Below, one piece after another: positions 63,452-64,000 of a stretch of 64,000 bases of DNA; position 1 is the first letter of the stretch, and each line of letters starts with the position of its first letter. The stretch is taken from assembly GCF_009914755.1 (NCBI RefSeq), contig NC_060934.1. One strand, given 5' to 3'. Both the position numbers and the translations under genes were made by a program. Source of the stretch: the human T2T-CHM13v2.0 reference genome, Homo sapiens. The notes beneath the pieces are model-generated. The model was given only the letters and a program-made list of their open reading frames with translations. It did not search any database and had not been told where the DNA came from.

Positions 63452-64000
63452 GGAGGTTGTCCTGTTTGGTTTTTAGAAATGGAATTGTCCTGTTCCTCTT
63501 TGCACTTTGCTCATTTCACTTCATGGTGCGTCCCAGATACCACTTTCTAAGTCACCGGCAGAAGCAGGACCTTGTGCTTCCTGATGGCTGTGAGCTGTCG
63601 TGGCGGCACACCTGTCCTCGGTGTGGAGTTCCAGTTCGTTCCTGCAGTCCCCTGTTAACAGATGTTTAGACTGTTTCCCTTTTTTCCCCTTTTCATTACA
63701 AACAAAAAAAATTGCTTTCTTAAACTTATTTTCATGTTTTTAAACTTTCTAATTTCTCATAAATATTTCAACTTTAGATTCTGTGAGTGAGTCTATTAGT
63801 GTCAGGCTTTGCAGAGGAAAGGAAAGTTCTAGAAGAGTCTGCAGCTCGTTCTCCCACCCCCTGCCCCCAGTGTCCACCCACAGAGGTGTGAGCATGCAAA
63901 TAGGGTGAGCTTCTGTCTCCCGTCTCTTGGGTGTCTTTTCCACCTGGGGCCTCCCTGGGGCCATGCTGGGGGAGTGAAAGGCCCCTCCCTGGAAGCCCGA

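Overview
Human (primate) genomic DNA from inside the LHPP gene (phospholysine phosphohistidine inorganic pyrophosphate phosphatase, HAD superfamily) on the + strand. Four coding exons are present (exons 3-6 of the canonical transcript as I recall it: 3874-4027, 12418-12481, 13483-13575, 33547-33638). All have GT-AG boundaries and splice in frame; the first two exons and the terminal exon lie outside the window. The rest is intronic. It holds a minus-strand RPS10 processed pseudogene whose coding sequence contains an internal minisatellite expansion, a 12-copy 32/33-bp palindrome-containing tandem repeat, a ~2.2-kb G-rich 23-25-bp tandem repeat in intron 5, several smaller arrays, about 30 Alus, and L1, L2, MIR, LTR and hAT-MITE fragments. 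Almost every ORF in the supplied track is Alu-derived or a chance ORF in GC-rich DNA. I found no evidence for a new multi-gene system. The most interesting signals are the tandem repeats, the weak splice sites and candidate truncating terminal exons around exons 4-6, and a near-consensus CTCF site. Repeat subfamily names come from recalled consensus sequences, and repeat boundaries are approximate.
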